The notes beneath the pieces were generated by a model. It worked only from the letters and a program-made list of their open reading frames with translations. It ran no database searches and was not told the origin of the DNA. This document shows positions 35,668 to 38,191 of a stretch of DNA of 38,191 nucleotides, one piece after another; the stretch's first letter is position 1, and the number at the start of each line of letters is the position of its first letter. The DNA comes from a virus (taxonomy: Duplodnaviria; Caudoviricetes), in IMG/VR virus record IMGVR_UViG_3300028197_000054, positions 1 to 38,191 of that record, one strand, 5' to 3'. The position numbers and the translations under genes were made by a program.

Positions 35668-36119
35668 GAGACTTTAAATACTACTCTACAAAAACATACG
35701 GACACGAAGAAGGCTTATCCTGTATGTTTAGACAGCCATTAGCAAATCATAGTCATTGTAGTTTACTACATGGTTATGCTTTATCCTTCCACTTTAAATT
35801 TGGATGTGATTTTTTAGATGACAAGAACTGGGTAGTAGACTTTGGAGATTTAAAAGACTTAAAGGCATGGTTAAAAGATAACTTTGATCATAAGCATGCA
35901 GTGGCAAAAGATGACGAACACTTACCTTATTTCTTAGAAATAGAACTTAAAGGCCTATCAGAAGTAAGAGTAATGAACGGTGTTGGTTGTGAGAAATTCT
36001 CAGAACACGCATTCCATTATGCAGATAAACTAGTTAAGAAGAAAACAGAAGGCAGATGTTACGCTGTCTCATGTGAAGTTCGGGAACACGGGGCTAACAG
36101 CGCTATATACGAGGGCTAA
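35664..36119 (+). CDS. queD: 6-carboxytetrahydropterin synthase QueD
   Basis: SHCSLLHGY, WVVDFG.LK, FDH, GCE.F, VREH..N.A.Y. Confidence 0.9.
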   Translation: MRDFKYYSTKTYGHEEGLSCMFRQPLANHSHCSLLHGYALSFHFKFGCDFLDDKNWVVDFGDLKDLKAWLKDNFDHKHAVAKDDEHLPYFLEIELKGLSEVRVMNGVGCEKFSEHAFHYADKLVKKKTEGRCYAVSCEVREHGANSAIYEG

Positions 36120-36122
36120 CTT

Positions 36123-37184
36123 ATGAAAGTAGCTCTAGTTACAGACACCCATTTTGGTGCCAGAAGTGATAGTATAGCATTCGATGCTTATTTTGCTAAG
36201 TTTTATGACGAAACATTCTTTCCTTACTTAGTTGAACATGATATTAAAACTGTATGCCACTTAGGCGACATATTTGATAGACGAAAGTATATTAACTTTA
36301 ATACATTAAGGTCTTGTAAAAGATACTTCTTTCAGAAGGCACAAGACTTAGGTATAGACATACACATGATTCCAGGCAATCATGATACCTATTTTAAAAA
36401 TACAAATGATGTCAACAGCCCTGACTTACTGTTAGGAGAATACAATAACATAACATTATACCAAGAGCCAACGGAAATAATGTTAGATAGAGAGAAGGTG
36501 TTATACCTTCCATGGATATGTGGTGAAAATTATGATAGGACTATGGCCAAAGTTAAAGAATCTGACGCAAAGACTTGCTTCGGACATTTCGAGTTCGCAG
36601 GTTACTTCCTTCTTCCTGGAATGCCTAATCTCCATGGCATGGATACTGACGCTTTTATTAACTTTGACCTTGTGGTCAGTGGCCATTTCCATCATCGCCA
36701 TAGCAGAGGGAATATTACATATATGGGCAACCCTTATGAAATCACTTGGTCTGACTATAAGGACCCTAGAGGTTTCGCCATATATGACACGGTTGAGAGA
36801 GGTTTGGAATACATCGACAACCCGAATAGAATCTTCCACAAAATTTATTACGACGATTCAGATTTCCAGGGGAGCAATGCCATTGGGAATTTTGATTTTA
36901 CTAGTGTTGCTGGTACTAATGTTAAATTAATTGTAAATAAAAAAACAGACTTTAAAAAGTTTGATACCTTTGTAGATAAATTATATACATGCAATCTTAT
37001 TGATCTAAAAATTATTGAGGACTTCTCAGAGTTTGAGGATGAAGCATTAGGTGAGGAAATAGATTTAGAAGATACAATGACACTCTTAAAAGAGTATGTT
37101 GATGTAGTGGAAACAGACTTAGACAAACAACGAATTAAAAATTTACTACAAAGCCTATATATTGAGGCACAAGATACTGTATGA
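36123..37184 (+). CDS. gp47: Recombination endonuclease subunit gp47 (Mre11/SbcD)
   Basis: TDTHFG, LGDIFDRRK, GNHD, GHFE, SGHFH. Confidence 0.95.
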   Translation: MKVALVTDTHFGARSDSIAFDAYFAKFYDETFFPYLVEHDIKTVCHLGDIFDRRKYINFNTLRSCKRYFFQKAQDLGIDIHMIPGNHDTYFKNTNDVNSPDLLLGEYNNITLYQEPTEIMLDREKVLYLPWICGENYDRTMAKVKESDAKTCFGHFEFAGYFLLPGMPNLHGMDTDAFINFDLVVSGHFHHRHSRGNITYMGNPYEITWSDYKDPRGFAIYDTVERGLEYIDNPNRIFHKIYYDDSDFQGSNAIGNFDFTSVAGTNVKLIVNKKTDFKKFDTFVDKLYTCNLIDLKIIEDFSEFEDEALGEEIDLEDTMTLLKEYVDVVETDLDKQRIKNLLQSLYIEAQDTV

Positions 37185-38191
37185 TACATTTTAATACGAT
37201 TAAGTGGAAAAACTTTCTTTCCACAGGCAACGCATGGACAGAAGTAAAACTAGATCATTCTCCTAGCACATTAATTGTAGGAGAGAATGGAAGTGGTAAG
37301 TCTACATTACTAGATGCTTTAACTTTTGCTTTATTTAATAAGCCTTTTAGATCTGTATCTAAACCTCAGCTTATTAATACTATTAATGGTAAGAATTGTG
37401 TAGTAGAAATAAACTTTAATATAGGCAGTAAAAATTACAGTATTAAAAGAGGATTGCAGCCTAGAATATTTGACATTACAATTAACGGAGACATGTTAGA
37501 TAAGAATGCTAACATAAGAGACTTCCAGAAGTATTTAGAAGAGAACATTCTTAAACTTAATTACAAGTCCTTTACACAAATTGTTATGTTAGGTAGTGCC
37601 TCATTTACTCCTTTTATGCAATTACATTTAGGTGCTAGACGAGAGATAATAGAAGACATATTAGACATTAGCATCTTCACAAGCATGAATGCTGTACTTA
37701 AAGGTAAACTAACACAGCTTGAGAACGATAAAAGAATTATTGAAGGGGAGATAGATGTTGCTAAACAAAAATGTAATCTCCAAGAAACATATATAAAAAC
37801 ATTGGAGGATGATAAATCATCTAAAGTCACACAGATCTTAAAAGACATTGAGGAGACTGATAATGCGATCGAGACGGCTACTGAGGAGGCTCAGCGATTC
37901 GGGAAGGAGAAGCAGGAGGTTGGTCCTGTTAGCGAAAAGAAAAGAAAACTTGAAGAATTTAGAAGTAAGTTCCAAACCCAAATTGCCAACCACAGAAAAG
38001 AGTTAGCATTCTTTAGCAACAACGAGGAATGTCCTACATGCCAGCAAGGTATAGAACACGACCATAAAAATTTAATGACGCAGAGAGATGAAGAAAAGAT
38101 CTCAGAACTTGAAACAGCTCTAGAAGAACTGAATACGAAGTATAGCGAGGTAGAATTATTAGTAAGTAAAGTACAAGAGTTAGACGAACAA
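37181..38191 (+). CDS. gp46: Recombination ATPase subunit gp46 (Rad50/SbcC), 3' truncated by window edge
   Basis: Translated by hand from ATG 37181: WKNFLSTGN, Walker A GENGSGKST, SFTQIVMLG, zinc hook CPTC.Q and coiled coil. Confidence 0.95.
   Translation, partial: MIHFNTIKWKNFLSTGNAWTEVKLDHSPSTLIVGENGSGKSTLLDALTFALFNKPFRSVSKPQLINTINGKNCVVEINFNIGSKNYSIKRGLQPRIFDITINGDMLDKNANIRDFQKYLEENILKLNYKSFTQIVMLGSASFTPFMQLHLGARREIIEDILDISIFTSMNAVLKGKLTQLENDKRIIEGEIDVAKQKCNLQETYIKTLEDDKSSKVTQILKDIEETDNAIETATEEAQRFGKEKQEVGPVSEKKRKLEEFRSKFQTQIANHRKELAFFSNNEECPTCQQGIEHDHKNLMTQRDEEKISELETALEELNTKYSEVELLVSKVQELDEQ

Noticed and set aside
36501-37848. Alternative-frame ORFs over gp47 and gp46
   Set aside because: They overlap well-supported Mre11/Rad50-like genes. 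gp46 is missing from the ORF track only because it runs off the window.
1-38191. tRNA, rRNA, CRISPR arrays, IS elements or integrase
   Set aside because: None was recognised by eye. Intergenic gaps are short and mostly explained by promoters, SD sites and a terminator. tRNAscan or Infernal would be needed to exclude small RNAs.

Overview
This 38 kb window comes from an AT-rich T4-like (myovirus-type) phage genome, probably aquatic or marine. From left to right it holds: (1) the end of a DNA ligase gene; (2) a minus-strand cluster of four paralogous GT-A glycosyltransferases, an apparently inactive GT/radical-SAM fusion and a methyltransferase-fold gene; (3) divergent from that cluster, across a palindromic double late promoter, a fibre/adaptor module and the T4 core virion genes gp13-gp23; (4) an iscU-iscA Fe-S assembly pair, then gp3, uvsY, uvsW and gp55; (5) a ~7 kb island between gp55 and gp47-gp46 encoding a 7-deazaguanine DNA-modification pathway (queE, folE, queD, a dpdA-like transglycosylase and a dpdL-like QueD paralogue, with no queC in the window). 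The island also carries a GT-B glycosyltransferase, a purine phosphoribosyltransferase, a methyltransferase, a DEDDh exonuclease and a DenV-like glycosylase. The two best candidates for undescribed systems are a glycosylated or otherwise hypermodified 7-deazaguanine pathway and a late-expressed glycosylation cassette with pseudo-enzyme subunits that may decorate the virion. All calls come from motif recognition and synteny by eye; no database searches were run.
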